A stretch of 64,000 bases of DNA from Haliotis rubra. Its lineage: Eukaryota. This document shows positions 1 through 11,344 of the stretch, one piece after another (positions within the stretch are counted from its first letter, which is position 1; each line of letters opens with the position of its first letter). The notes under the pieces were generated by a model, which was given only the letters and a program-made list of their open reading frames with translations, did no database searches and was not told the DNA's origin. A program made the position numbers and the translations under genes. Location of the stretch: contig NW_025766981.1 in assembly GCF_003918875.1 (NCBI RefSeq), positions 558,001-622,000 on the forward strand. The letters are read 5' to 3'.

Positions 1-10
1 TTGATCAAAT

Positions 11-238
11 ACCTGTGAAGATCTGGGTTAGAATTGTTGTATTCAGCAACTCATATTTGAAAGACTTGACTCACTGACTTGGTCTGACATATCACCATGT
101 CCCAGTTGCGCAGATATATGTTCATGCTGTTGATCACTGGACTGTCTGGTCCAGGTTCGATTATTTACAGGCCGCCGCCATATGGCAGGCATATTGCTGT
201 GTGCGGACTTAAACAACAATCAAACAAACAAAAACAAA
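11..238 (+). mobile_element. SINE-like retroposon family B, diverged
   Basis: Matches the family B consensus acccgtgaagatccgggttagaatt...gatcactggattgtctggtccagactcgattatttacagaccgccgccatatagc. Confidence 0.8.
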
Positions 239-303
239 GCACTATTCCACCTTATTCATTGGAAATCAGTGAACACTTGTGAAATGTTCCTGTTTTCTTG
301 CAG

Positions 304-343
304 AGCTTTCAGAATTCTGAACAAAGGACAGTATTCTACTTGA
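304..343 (+). CDS. Possible terminal exon of an upstream gene, perhaps another SLC46 paralog (AFRILNKGQYST*)
   Basis: Strong acceptor tgttttcttgcag. The phase-2 reading gives a hydrophobic-then-basic peptide like the exon 4 starts of the paralogs. The rest of the gene would lie outside the window. Confidence 0.3.
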
Positions 344-1151
344 AACAACATAAACAGCCAACCACCACAGGCGTCGTCATTTGCTGCAGACGTGTCACGT
401 GATGCACTCCGTCATCCATCGAACTCGGGAAGGAAGTTCGTGCACGCGACGTTCGCACACTCGACAGTGCACAATATTTTGATAAGAATAGATCCAATGT
501 GTTTTCAGTGTTGAGCTAGGTTTCGCATAGGCTTAAACTATGGCGCTGTGGTGAATTTTGAACAAAAAGCTGATATATATGTATAGTCTGCAGGTAGCCA
601 TGTTCGGCAATAGAAACACAGTTTATCTCGTATTTATTTCACCATGACTATATTGATTGCAAACGTTTTGTAACAAAATGTCTTGGGTGGAGTCCCATGT
701 TTTGAGCGAACTACAAAAATGAATTAAAAACCCATATCTAGACATTTAACAAAGGTCGGTGTTGTATCAGCCCAGACACGGTTTTTAATGCATTCATACT
801 ATACTTGGGTCGAAAGCAACTTCGTAAGGTTACGTGAAGTGGCCACCCTTGAAAGAAACCGCACGTCAACATTATGACGTCATACAGTTCACTGAAATCA
901 GTCGGCTGCAGAAAAGCGCGATATTCCAAGTTCGTATATACACTCTCTTAGTGTTTCTCCATAGTGTTTTCTGTCCAACATGCATTGTCACACATATGTT
1001 GTATCAGCTGTATTTGTTTGTTTGTTTTTTTATAGTACTTGTACATTATATTTCTCTCAAGAGTGCCTATTGGCAATGGCCAAAAAAGGATTACGTTTGT
1101 ATAAATAAATTACTTCTGTGATCATTGCCTCAGATAAATCGATGGTATTTT

Positions 1152-1306
1152 GTAAATAATCGAATCTGGACCAGACAATCCAGTGATCAACGTCATGAGC
1201 ATCGATCTATGCAATTGAGATATGATGACGTGTCAACTAAATCAGTGAGCTTGATCACCTCATCTCGTTAGTTGCCTCTGACAACTTGCATTTGTTCTCC
1301 ACGGGT
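1152..1306 (-). mobile_element. Family B SINE, partial
   Basis: Reverse-complement match to consensus. Confidence 0.75.
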
Positions 1307-1568
1307 CTAAATCGATGGTTAAATGAACTATGTATCTATGATATCGAATATATATTCACGGTGTATTATTAGAGTGTTTATGTTATCATTTAATTGAGAC
1401 AACATGTCAATTTCGTGGACATGTATCACCAAACATTACATGGGTTTACATTTTTTCGATTGTGTAACTAAGGCCATCTGTTCTTATGTGTTTCTTATCA
1501 CAAACCCCAAACAGCAAGAGTAGACTGGTGAATTTTTTTTAAAGAATAGTTACTATAAATCTTTTTTT

Positions 1569-1860
1569 CTGTCATTGTGTAACTTATTTTATGAAATTTA
1601 CAATTGAAAACACTTAGTAATGGTCTTCAAATTTATTTATGATGGGAAAGAAATTAAAAGAATAATTATTATATATGTTTTTAAATGTTATTGTGTAACT
1701 TTTTATGATATTATATAATTAAGATGACTTAGTAACAGCCTTTTAAATATATTTATGATGGGGAAAAAATTAAAAGAATAATTATTATATATGTTTATAC
1801 ATGTCATTGTGTAACTTTTTATGAAATTTTAGAATTGAGATCACTTAGTAATAGTCTTTA
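1569..1860. repeat. AT-rich ~117-bp tandem repeat, ~2.5 copies
   Basis: tgtcattgtgtaactt..ttatga recurs at ~1569, 1686 and 1802. Confidence 0.85.
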
Positions 1861-1971
1861 GGAGGTAGATCGATTCGCTTTGCTTTGGAAACAATTTGTC
1901 AATAAACGTACAGGAAGAAAGGTCACTAGACCTATTTTAGTATGAGCGTGCAAAGAAAAGTCTAAATGACT

Positions 1972-2090
1972 GTGTTTGGTTTTACGCCGCTTTTAGCAAT
2001 ATTACAGCAATGTCACGACCGGGGACACTAGAAATGGGATTCACATATTGTACCCACATGGAGAACCACTAGGCTACCCTACCGTTCCCC
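1972..2090 (-). mobile_element. tRNA-derived SINE (family A), internally deleted
   Basis: Reverse complement of the family A consensus. Confidence 0.8.
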
Positions 2091-2186
2091 GGGAAAGTTT
2101 GAGGTTGAATGCTATCGCATCTTCTGTGCGCCTTCTCTTGAGAGACAAACTGCTGGCGTTGAAATTATCATTGTGTTAATTATTTA

Positions 2187-2350
2187 TGAGTGAGTGGCTA
2201 TGGCTTTACGCCGCTTTTAGCAATGTTCCAGCAATATCACGCAGGGTACACCAGAAATGGGCTTCACACATTGTACACACGTGGGGAATCGAACTTGGGC
2301 CTTCAGCGTGAGGAGCGAACGCCTGAACCACTGGGCTACCCTACCGCCCC
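2187..2350 (-). mobile_element. tRNA-derived SINE (family A)
   Basis: A box (tagcccagtgg) and B box (gttcgattccc) on the minus strand; shared tail. Confidence 0.85.
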
Positions 2351-3229
2351 AGCAATGAAAAGAGTATTTTCTATCACACGAGGGCATTATATTTCTTCAG
2401 CTGCGGGGAAAATGACGATAAGAGAACATTTTATTATTTCACTTCGAATGACAATTCAGGGAAGACAGGAAAGAGAAAACTGCGTACAGCCTCACACGTA
2501 GGGATATAAAATTCACTTCATATTCACAATTTACACACACACCATAAAACTATAAATACATTTATAGTCATGTGAATGCTTGAGTTATATAACTTTATAT
2601 ATAACATTTTATAACAGATATAATATTTGTTCTGACACAATTGCTGTTTCTGTGTTATATACAGTGACAGTGGGGTGACATATATACTTAGCTTACAACC
2701 TAGGCATTATGGCAGAGAAATGCTTAGTCACTGCACAGTGTAAACACAAAGCTCTCCGTGTTGTCACCCACCACTAAGCACACACAAACCAGTTAAACCC
2801 CTTTGGGCGTATTGGCACGACGTATAATCTGAATGTTAATTCAAAGGAAAGTATCGTCTATTGCTTGGACCTGGTTGGAAGTAGAAGCACCTCTCTACAT
2901 AAACACTGCTGCGTTATGCCTCTGTCCCCATTGAGGTCGCTTCAGTGAGGTCACACTGAGGTTAACGATGAATGTATAAACACGCGACACATGAACGGAT
3001 CAATACAACCAACGAGGCGTGTACAACGCTAGCAGCAGCTCCAACTGACAAAATCCAGGCGGTTAATCAAAATCAGACTCATATAGAACACAGCTTGGCC
3101 TGGGATCATTAACAGGACGCACAGGTGAACGGCGGCATGACAGGCATATATATAACCTAGGTATGACTTTATTTATAGTGACGACCACGTGTGTATGTTT
3201 TGTATAAGGAAGGTTTAAACGGTGTCAAC

Positions 3230-4604
3230 ATGGAGGACGCACCACTACTCCCGTCCAAAGAGGAAGGAAGCCGTAATGGAGAGAAATCCAACGTCAAGAA
3301 CCTCCTTTTCCTGAATGGTGTGATGTTCATATTGACGGTGTCAGGCAACCTGTTCATGCCTGTCATGAGTCAGTATTTGTACCATCGAGTATCGGAGGAT
3401 GTGTTCAACCATACATTGGTCAACACCTCAACAACACAGCCGTGTTACCGGAACAAGACAGACCCCGATTACATGCTCCAGGAAAAGGCCCAGCAAGTCA
3501 CCGCGGAGAAACAAATGCAGTTCACGATGTTGAGAAGCGCCCTGGCTATCCTCAGTAATATCATGCTGGGTGCTTATTCCGATTCCATTGGTAGAAAATT
3601 CCTGTTTGTGGCCCCTATGACCGGGCAGCTGATAAGATCCGCTTTCGTGTCTGTTATCATCAGATATAGGCTTGACTTGAACTTTCTCTTCTTGTCCGAA
3701 GGGATAGATGGTCTCCTAGGAAGCTATTACGGAATCTTGCTTGCGTCCTATACATTCACCGCCGACAACACCCCCGCAACGGGGTCCCGCACCATCGGCA
3801 TCGCCGTTGTCGACCTCACCGAATTCTTCGCCACCTCCCTGGTCTCAATAGCCAGTGGGTATTTCATCCAGGATGTGAATTTCTTCTACCCGGCTCTCAC
3901 TGCCACGCTGGTGTGTTTGGTGGCTCTTTTAATTGTCATACTGTTCCTCCCGACAAGCAGATATGCTAGCGAGAGAAGATGGATGGGTCCAGTGGAAGGA
4001 CTTAAAAGAGTGTTTGGATTTTATGTTCTCGATAACACCACCTTAAAGAAAGCGTGCTTCATCCTTATTTTGCTTACTTTTGTGTTTAACGTCATCAGTG
4101 CTTTAGGAGGCTCCAGCATCAACACATTGTTTCTCCTGAATGCGCCCTTTTGCTGGACTCCCGAAAAACTGGCATATTACGTGACAGCCTTCACAGTGTT
4201 ATGTCCCTTAATAGGTGTACCCTTAACCAGGTTGTTCCAGGTGTGCCTGATAGACGAGATCATTGCCGTCATAGCGACATCAGCAGCCGTCGCAAGTGAT
4301 GTCATACACTCGTTTGCGTCGACGGATGTCACCATGTATATAGGTAAGTGCCTCTTGTAATCATGGGGGCGGTGGGGTAGCCTAGTGGTTAAAGCGTTCG
4401 CTCGTCACCCGGGTTCGATTCCCTACATGGGTACAATGAGGTCCACTTCTGGTGTCCCCCGCCGTGATATTGCTGTAATATTGTTAAAAGCGGCGTAAAA
4501 CTAAAAAAGAAGAAAATCTCATAATGATTGTAATCATGGCTATATTTTTGTTACGACTTTGAAAATGTTTCATAAACTAAGCGTCTAATGTCATCGCATT
4601 GATC

Positions 4605-4641
<37 letters not shown>

Positions 4642-7600
4642 CAGTTGTAGGTGTGTCCTCAATCGGTAGCACTTTGTCCAGTATTACCCGAGCCATCATG
4701 TCCCGCATGGCACCACCCGACAGGCAAGGTAAGTTATACCACGTACCCGTTTGAAGGTTCGGGTTAGAATTGGTCTTTGGCAACCCATGCTTGTCGTAAG
4801 AGGCGACTAACGCTATGGCTATGGGGTGGTCAGGCTTGCTGATTTTTTCTTGACGCATGTCATCGTATCCCAAGAGCGTAACTGATGCTTACGATGTCGA
4901 TCACTGGATAGCCATTGTCAGACTCGATTATTCGCTGGAATACTGTAGAGTACGGCTTTAAACAACATAGAAAACGAAACAAAGTTTCGCAACGAGTTGG
5001 CTTGTGTTTTCTTTGCGTCCTTAGGTTCACAGCGAGATATGATCAACAAAGTAGGCACGAATATAAAGAAATATAAACGTTCAAATCTCAGTTTCGAGTT
5101 GAACACATCTTCAGGAAAGTAAATCAAATGTGTACCTTTGTTGCATGTTCCGATATCGCCTCTGTAGATGTACTACTGGTAGATGTTCCGATATCACCTG
5201 TCTAGATGTACTACTGGTACATGTTCCGATATCGCCTCTGTAGATGTACTACTGGTACATGTTCAAATATTGCCTGTGTAGATGAACTACTGGTACATAT
5301 TCCTATATCGCCTGTGTAGATGAATTACTGGTATATGTTCTGATATCGCCTCTGTAGATGTACTACTGGTACATGCTCCGATATCGCCTGTGTTGCTGTA
5401 CTACTGGTAGATGTTCCGATATCACCTGTCTAGATGTACTACTGGTACATGTTCCGATATCACCTGTGTAGATGTACCACTGGTACATGTTCCAATATCG
5501 CCTGTGTAGATGAATTACTGGTATATGTTCCGATATCGCCTCTATAGATGTACTACTGATACATGCTCCGATATCGCCTGTGTAGATGTACTACTGGTAC
5601 ATATTCCTATATCGCCTGTGTAGATGTACTACTGGTACATGTTCCGATATCAACTGTGTAGATGTACCACTGGTACATGTTCCAATATCGCCTGTGTAGC
5701 CCTACAACTGGTACATATTCCGATATCGCCTGTGTAGATATACTACTGGTACATGTTCCGATATCACCTGTGTAGATGTACAACTGGTACATGTTCCAAT
5801 ATCGCCTGTGTAGATGATCTACTGATACATGTTCCTATAGCGCCTGTGTAGATGTACAACTGGTACATGTTCCGATATCGCCTGTGTTGCTGTACTACTA
5901 GCACATGTTCCGATATCGCCTGTGTAGATATACTACTGATACATGCTCCGATATCGCCTCTGTAGATGTTCTACTAATACATGCTCCGATATCACCTGTG
6001 TAGATGTACTTCTTGTACATGTTCCGATATCGCCTGTGTAGATGTACTACAGATACATGCTCCGATATCGCCTGTGTTGCTGTACTACTGATACATGCTC
6101 CGATATCACCTGTGTAGATGTACTTCTTGTACATGTTCCGATATCGCCTCTGTAGATGTACTACTTGTACACGTTCCCATATCGCCTGTGTTGCTGTACT
6201 ACTGGTGAGTGAGTGAGTGAGTTAATATTTAACGTCACATCGGCAATATTTCAGCCATATCGTGACGAGAACATTCGATATTGAAATGAAATATATGTAT
6301 ATTATAATGTACTACTGGTACATGTTCCGATAACGCCTGTGTTGCTGTACTACTGGCACATGTTCCGATATCACCTGTGTAGCTGTACTACTGGCATATG
6401 TTCCGATATCACCTGTGTAGCTGTACTACTGGCACATGTTCCGATATCACCTGTGTAGCTGTACTACTGGCATATGTTCCGATATCACCTGTGTTGCTGT
6501 ACTACTGGCATATGTTCCGATATCGCCTGTGTTGCTGTACTACTGGTACATGTTCCGATATCACCTGTGTAGCTGTACTACTGGCACATGTTCCGATATC
6601 GCCTGTGTAGCTGTACTACTGGCATATGTTCCAATATCACCTGTGGTGCTGTACTACTGGCATATATTCCGATATCGCCTGTGTTGCTGTACTACTGGTA
6701 CATGTTCCAATATCACCTGTGTAGCTGTACTACTGGCACATGTTCCGATATCGCCTGTGTAGATGTACTACTGGCACATGTTCCGATATCGCCTGTGTAG
6801 ATGTACTACTGGTACATGTTCCGATATCGCCTGTGTTGCTGTACTACTGGTACATGTTCCGATATCACCTGTGTAGCTGTACTACTGGCACATGTTCCGA
6901 TATCACCTGTGTAGCTGTACTACTGGCATATGTTCCGATATCACCTGTGTTGCTGTACTACTGGCATATGTTCCGATATCGCCTGTGTTGCTGTACTACT
7001 GGTACATGTTCCGATATCACCTGTGTAGCTGTACTACTGGCACATGTTCCGATATCACCTGTGTAGCTGTACTACTGGCATATGTTCCAATATCACCTGT
7101 GGTGCTGTACTACTGGCATATGTTCCGATATCGCCTGTGTTGATATCGTTCCGATATCACCTGTGTTGCTGTACTACTGGCACATGTTCCGATATCACCT
7201 GTGTAGCTGTACTACTGGCACATGTTCCGATATCACCCGTGTAGCTGTACTACTGGGTACGATATCGCCTGGTACATGTTCCGATATCATAGCGCCTGTG
7301 TAGCTGTACTACCATGTTCCGATATCACCTGTGTAGCTGTACTACTGGATACATGTTCCGATATCGCCTGTGTAGCTGTACTACTGGCATATGTTCCGAT
7401 ATCACCTGTGTTGCTGTACTACTGGCATATGTTCCGATATCGCCTGTGTTGCTGTACTACTGGTACATGTTCCGATATCACCTGTGTAGCTGTACTACTG
7501 GCACATGTTCCGATATCACCTGTGTAGCTGTACTACTGGCATATGTTCCGATATCGCCTGTGTAGATGTACTACTGATACATGCTCCGATAGCGCCTGTG

Positions 7601-10600
7601 TTGCTGTACTACTGGTACATGTTCCGATATCACCTGTGTAGCTGTACTACTGGTATATGTTCCTATATCGCCTGTGTAGATGTACTACTGGTACATGCTC
7701 CGATATCATCTGTGTAGCTGTACTACTGGTATATGTTCCTATATCGCCTGTGTAGATGATCTACTGATACATGTTCCGATATCGCCTGTGTAGATGTACT
7801 ACTGGTACATGTTCCGATATCGCCTGTGTTGCTGTACTACTGGTACATGTTCCGATATCACCTGTGTAGATATACTACTGGTACATGCTCCGATATCGCC
7901 TGTGTAAATGTACTACTGGTACATGTTCCGATATCACTTGTGTAGATGATCTACTGATACATGTTCCTATAGCGCCTGTGTAGATGTACAACTGGTACAT
8001 GTTCCGATATCACCTGTGTAGATGATCTACTGATACATGTTCCTATATCGCCTGTGTAGATGTACTACTGGTACATGTTCCGATATCGCCTGTGTTGCTG
8101 TACTACTGGTACATGTTCCGATATCACCTGTGTAGATATACTACTGGTACATGCTCCGATATCGCCTGTGTAAATGTACTACTGGTACATGTTCCGATAT
8201 CGCCCGTGTAGATGTAGTACTGGTACATGTTCCGATATCGCCCGTGTAGATGTACCACTGGTACATGTTCCGATATCGCCCGTGTAGATGTAGTACTGGT
8301 ACATGTTCCGATATCGCCCGTGTAGATGAACTACTCGTACATGTTCCGATATCGCCCGTGTAGATGTACTACTGGCACATGTTCCGATATCGCCTGTGTA
8401 GATGTACTACTGATACATGCTCTGATATCGCCTCTGTAGATGAACTACTGGTACATGTTCCGATATCGCCTGTGTAGATGTACTATCGGTACATGTTCCG
8501 ATATAGCCTGTGTAGATGTACTACTGGTCGTGTTCCGATATCGCCTGTGTAGCTGTACTATCGGTACATGTTCGCATATCGCCTGTGTAGATGTACTCCT
8601 GGTACATGTTCCGATATTGCCTGTGTAGATGTACCACTGGTACATGTTCCCATATCGCCTGTGTAGCTGTACCACTGGTACATGTTCCGATATACAATTG
8701 TGTAGATGTACTACTGGTACATGTTCCAATATCGCCTGTGTAGCTGTACTACTGGTACATGTTCCGATATCGCCTGTGTAGCTGTACTACTTGGATATGT
8801 TCCGATATCGCCTGTGTAGATGTTCCGATACATAGTACATGTTCCCTGTTTGCAAGAGTGCAAGTTCGCCAGTATAAATATATAGAGGATACTAAAAGAC
8901 CCTTCCATGTAACACCAATTTCATTAAACGAGTAAATGATTTGGTATCTAACGAGCGAAAGCGAGTTTGGTGCTAAATATTTAACGAGTTTGATAGAAAT
9001 GGTATTTAAGCGAGTTTAGTATTATGGGTATTACTCTCCAACATAAATTGATAGAAACTGCCTACAGTGTGATGACTCTCATGTCAATTTTCCGCGAGTC
9101 AAGCAGGGTCTAATACCATTGCGACAGAGGCATTTGCATTGTTAGGTCATAACTGTAACCATTATGACGTCGTATGTCTAGCGAAATTACACTAGTGTAA
9201 TATTGCCGTAAAAATATTACACTGCAGTATCTTCCACGGGCAGCAATAAATTGCTATTACAGGGTGCCTGTATCGCTTTACTATTGTTAGATGGTTAATT
9301 TTCTCCAGGTGTGCTGTTACACTACTTTTGTTAAAGGTCCATTATTCGATGTACAGCTGCACTATCTTTCGAGGGTCACTGCTTTCCACTTCCTTTGTTG
9401 TATTGTGACAGCGTTATGATTGTACTATTGTTCCCTGTTCGCTGTTCCAGTGCAGCTTTTTTACAGAGTAACTTACCAATTGAAGAGCTGCTCCAATGTT
9501 AGAGGTTCAATATTACAGCTGCACTTTTGGTTTGTGTCCTAGGCCCTTTCGTCAGTGTACTATTGTTACATGTTTACTATTCTCCAGTATATCTTATAAG
9601 TTGTTCACTGTTCACGAGGAGGGCATTGGTTGATGTACCCTCGGTGTTTGTTAAATGTTCCCTGAGCCCGAAGGGCGAGGGGAACATAAACAAACATCGA
9701 GGGAATATCAACCCATGGGCCCTGAGAGGCCAGTGAACAATGTATTTATCTTACCGAACACATTAATGTTAATTTTGAATTGTTTGAAGCACGGGTACAA
9801 ATCTTTGTGTAGCCATCGATAGATTTTGCTGACAAGAAAAACAGATTTAGAGTTATCCCCCTTCCATCGATTTGCATTCGCAAAACATCGGTAATTTCCG
9901 TACATCATTCGTGATTCAATGTAATTCGAGATAAAGAACTACTAGCACGAAGTACCAAATGAGTTGCCATTGACAGCGGGGTACATTGAAATGTTACTCG
10001 CTTGTAAGAGCGCTCAGCCAATCAGAAAGCGACATTTATGTGTGAGGTAAGATAAGTACTATTGTTACAGATTCACCATTCTCCAGTATACCTGTACGGG
10101 TGTTACATGTTCACTATTCTCCAGTGTACCTGTACTATTGTTACAGGTTCACCATTCTCTATTGTTACAGGTTTACTATTCTCCAGGACGGCTGTACATT
10201 TGTTACATGCTGGCTATTCTCCATTATACCTAGCTTTTTTGTTACAGGTTCACTGTTCGCCAGTATCGCGGTAATGGAGACAATCTGCTCGCTGGTTGGA
10301 ACTCCTTTATTCAGCAACATCTACCAGAGCACTGTTGTCATGTGGAGAGGACTCGTCTTCATCGTCATGGCGGGAATGCACGTCGTTGCTGCCGTCATAC
10401 TCGTGTAAGTATCTCAGAACTGCAGACATGACTGACATTACACTATACATTCTCATAACTTTGTTTGTTTGTTGTTTAAATCCGCACTCAGCAATGAACC
10501 AGCCATGAGGCGTCTGTAAATAATTAGATCTGGACGACATAATCAAGTGATCAATATCATGAGCATCGATCTAAGCAATTGGGATACGATGACATATGTC

Positions 10601-11300
10601 AACCAAGTGAGCGAGCCTGACCACCCGATCCCGTGAATGGGATGGGTTGCTGAAGACCAATTCTAACCCGGATCCTCACGGGTCGCTGAGAACATTGATT
10701 GACGCCACTTAGCAATACAGCAGCCATCCGCTGAAAGACCCGTGAAGATCCGGGGTAGAATAAGTCTTCAGCAACCCATGCTTGCCACAAAAGGCGACTA
10801 TATGCTTGTCGTAAGAGGCGACTAACGGGATCGGGTGGTCAGGCTCGCTGACTTGGTTGACATATGTCATCGGTTCCCAATTGCGCAAATCGATGCTCCT
10901 GCTGTTGATCACTTGATTGTCTGGTCCAGACTCGATTATTTACAGACCGCCGCCATATAGCTGGAATATTGCTGAATGCGGCGTAAAACTAAACTCACTC
11001 ACTCACTCACTATCCACTGAGATGTCATGCATGGCTCTTGATTTATGAACACAAGCGTAAAACATCGTTTCAAATGAAGCGACACAATCAGCTATTTAAA
11101 ATGTTGCTAATAAATACTGTGAGTATATGGTTTCGGGATCAAGAATCAAACAAAGCTGATCTTAAATGATGATATATAGAAATACAACACATGACTGTTA
11201 TCATCTCTCCAGGATATTCATCTTCGTATCACGCCCAGTGAGGGAGGAACATAAGAGGATGAAGTCGTTGAATGTTCAGGAGGAGGACGCGAGGAGCTAG
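3230..11300 (+). CDS. SLC46-family MFS transporter, paralog 1 (~480 aa); exons 3230-4343, 4645-4728, 10248-10404, 11213-11300
   Basis: ATG in caacATGg context. MFS motif A (LGAYSDSIGRK), ADNTP..RT, PFCWTPE and RAIMSRMAPPDRQG|SLFASIAVMETIC are SLC46-like. All GT-AG junctions join in frame (1443 nt) to TAG at 11298-11300. Confidence 0.9.
4367..4527 (+). mobile_element. tRNA-derived SINE (family A) in gene 1 intron 1
   Basis: A/B boxes; TSD ttgtaatcatgg at 4355-4366 and 4528-4539. Confidence 0.88.
4611..4637. repeat. (TA)n microsatellite abutting the gene 1 exon 2 acceptor
   Basis: Directly visible. Confidence 0.95.
4745..4983 (+). mobile_element. Family B SINE in gene 1 intron 2
   Basis: Consensus match including gtcgtaagaggcgactaa. 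Confidence 0.8.
5131..8856. repeat. 38-bp satellite (~90-95 units), consensus TGTACTACTGGTACATGTTCCGATATCGCCTGTGTAGA/C, in gene 1 intron 2
   Basis: Directly visible head-to-tail units with no spacers; interrupted by a ~100-bp insertion at ~6207-6307. Confidence 0.97.
6207..6307 (-). mobile_element. 5'-truncated retroposon tail (family C) inserted in the satellite
   Basis: (GAGT)n tail plus ttaatatttaacgtcacatcggcaatatttcagccatatcgtga, flanked by duplicated tgtactactggt. Confidence 0.7.
8880..9250. mobile_element. Hairpin-bearing non-autonomous DNA element (Crypton-like, tentative)
   Basis: Imperfect palindrome centred on aacgagcgaaagcgagtt; second hairpin gtgtaatatt..aatattacac near the end. 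Confidence 0.45.
9250..10247. repeat. Degenerate ~38-bp repeats (tgtactattgttacaggttcactattctccagtatacc) at ~9250-9600 and 10056-10247, running into the exon 3 acceptor
   Basis: Recurrent actattgttaca(g/t)gtt(c/t)actattctccag motifs. Confidence 0.75.
9597..10055. mobile_element. Hairpin-bearing non-autonomous DNA element (Crypton-like, tentative)
   Basis: ~140-bp imperfect palindrome at 9601-9740 centred on gagcccgaagggcgag; inverted ttatcttacc / ggtaagataa; cagccaatcagaa near the end. Confidence 0.6.
10461..10684 (-). mobile_element. Family B SINE in gene 1 intron 3
   Basis: Reverse-complement consensus match. Confidence 0.85.
10738..11011 (+). mobile_element. Family B SINE in gene 1 intron 3 (subfamily with duplicated hairpin)
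   Basis: Full-length consensus match with (CACT)n tail. Confidence 0.9.
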
Positions 11301-11344
11301 TCCAACAGAACATCCAGGACTGTGTTTGGTTTGGTGTGCAATCA

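Noticed and set aside
97-282. Recurrent short ORFs like MLMLLITGLSGPDSIIYRPPPY
   Set aside because: Translations of family B SINE copies, with inconsistent frames and stops.
3191-4360. Single-exon ~390-aa transporter ORFs as given in the ORF track
   Set aside because: They run through conserved GT donors and lack the last helices, which exons 2-4 supply; the upstream GTG/TTG starts are not credible in a eukaryote.
5131-8856. CRISPR array (38-bp repeats)
   Set aside because: Units are contiguous with no unique spacers, there are no cas genes, and the context is a spliceosomal intron.
5607-8908. Cys/Tyr-rich ORFs (MFRYHLCSCTTG...)
   Set aside because: They are translations of the satellite cycling through frames on both strands.
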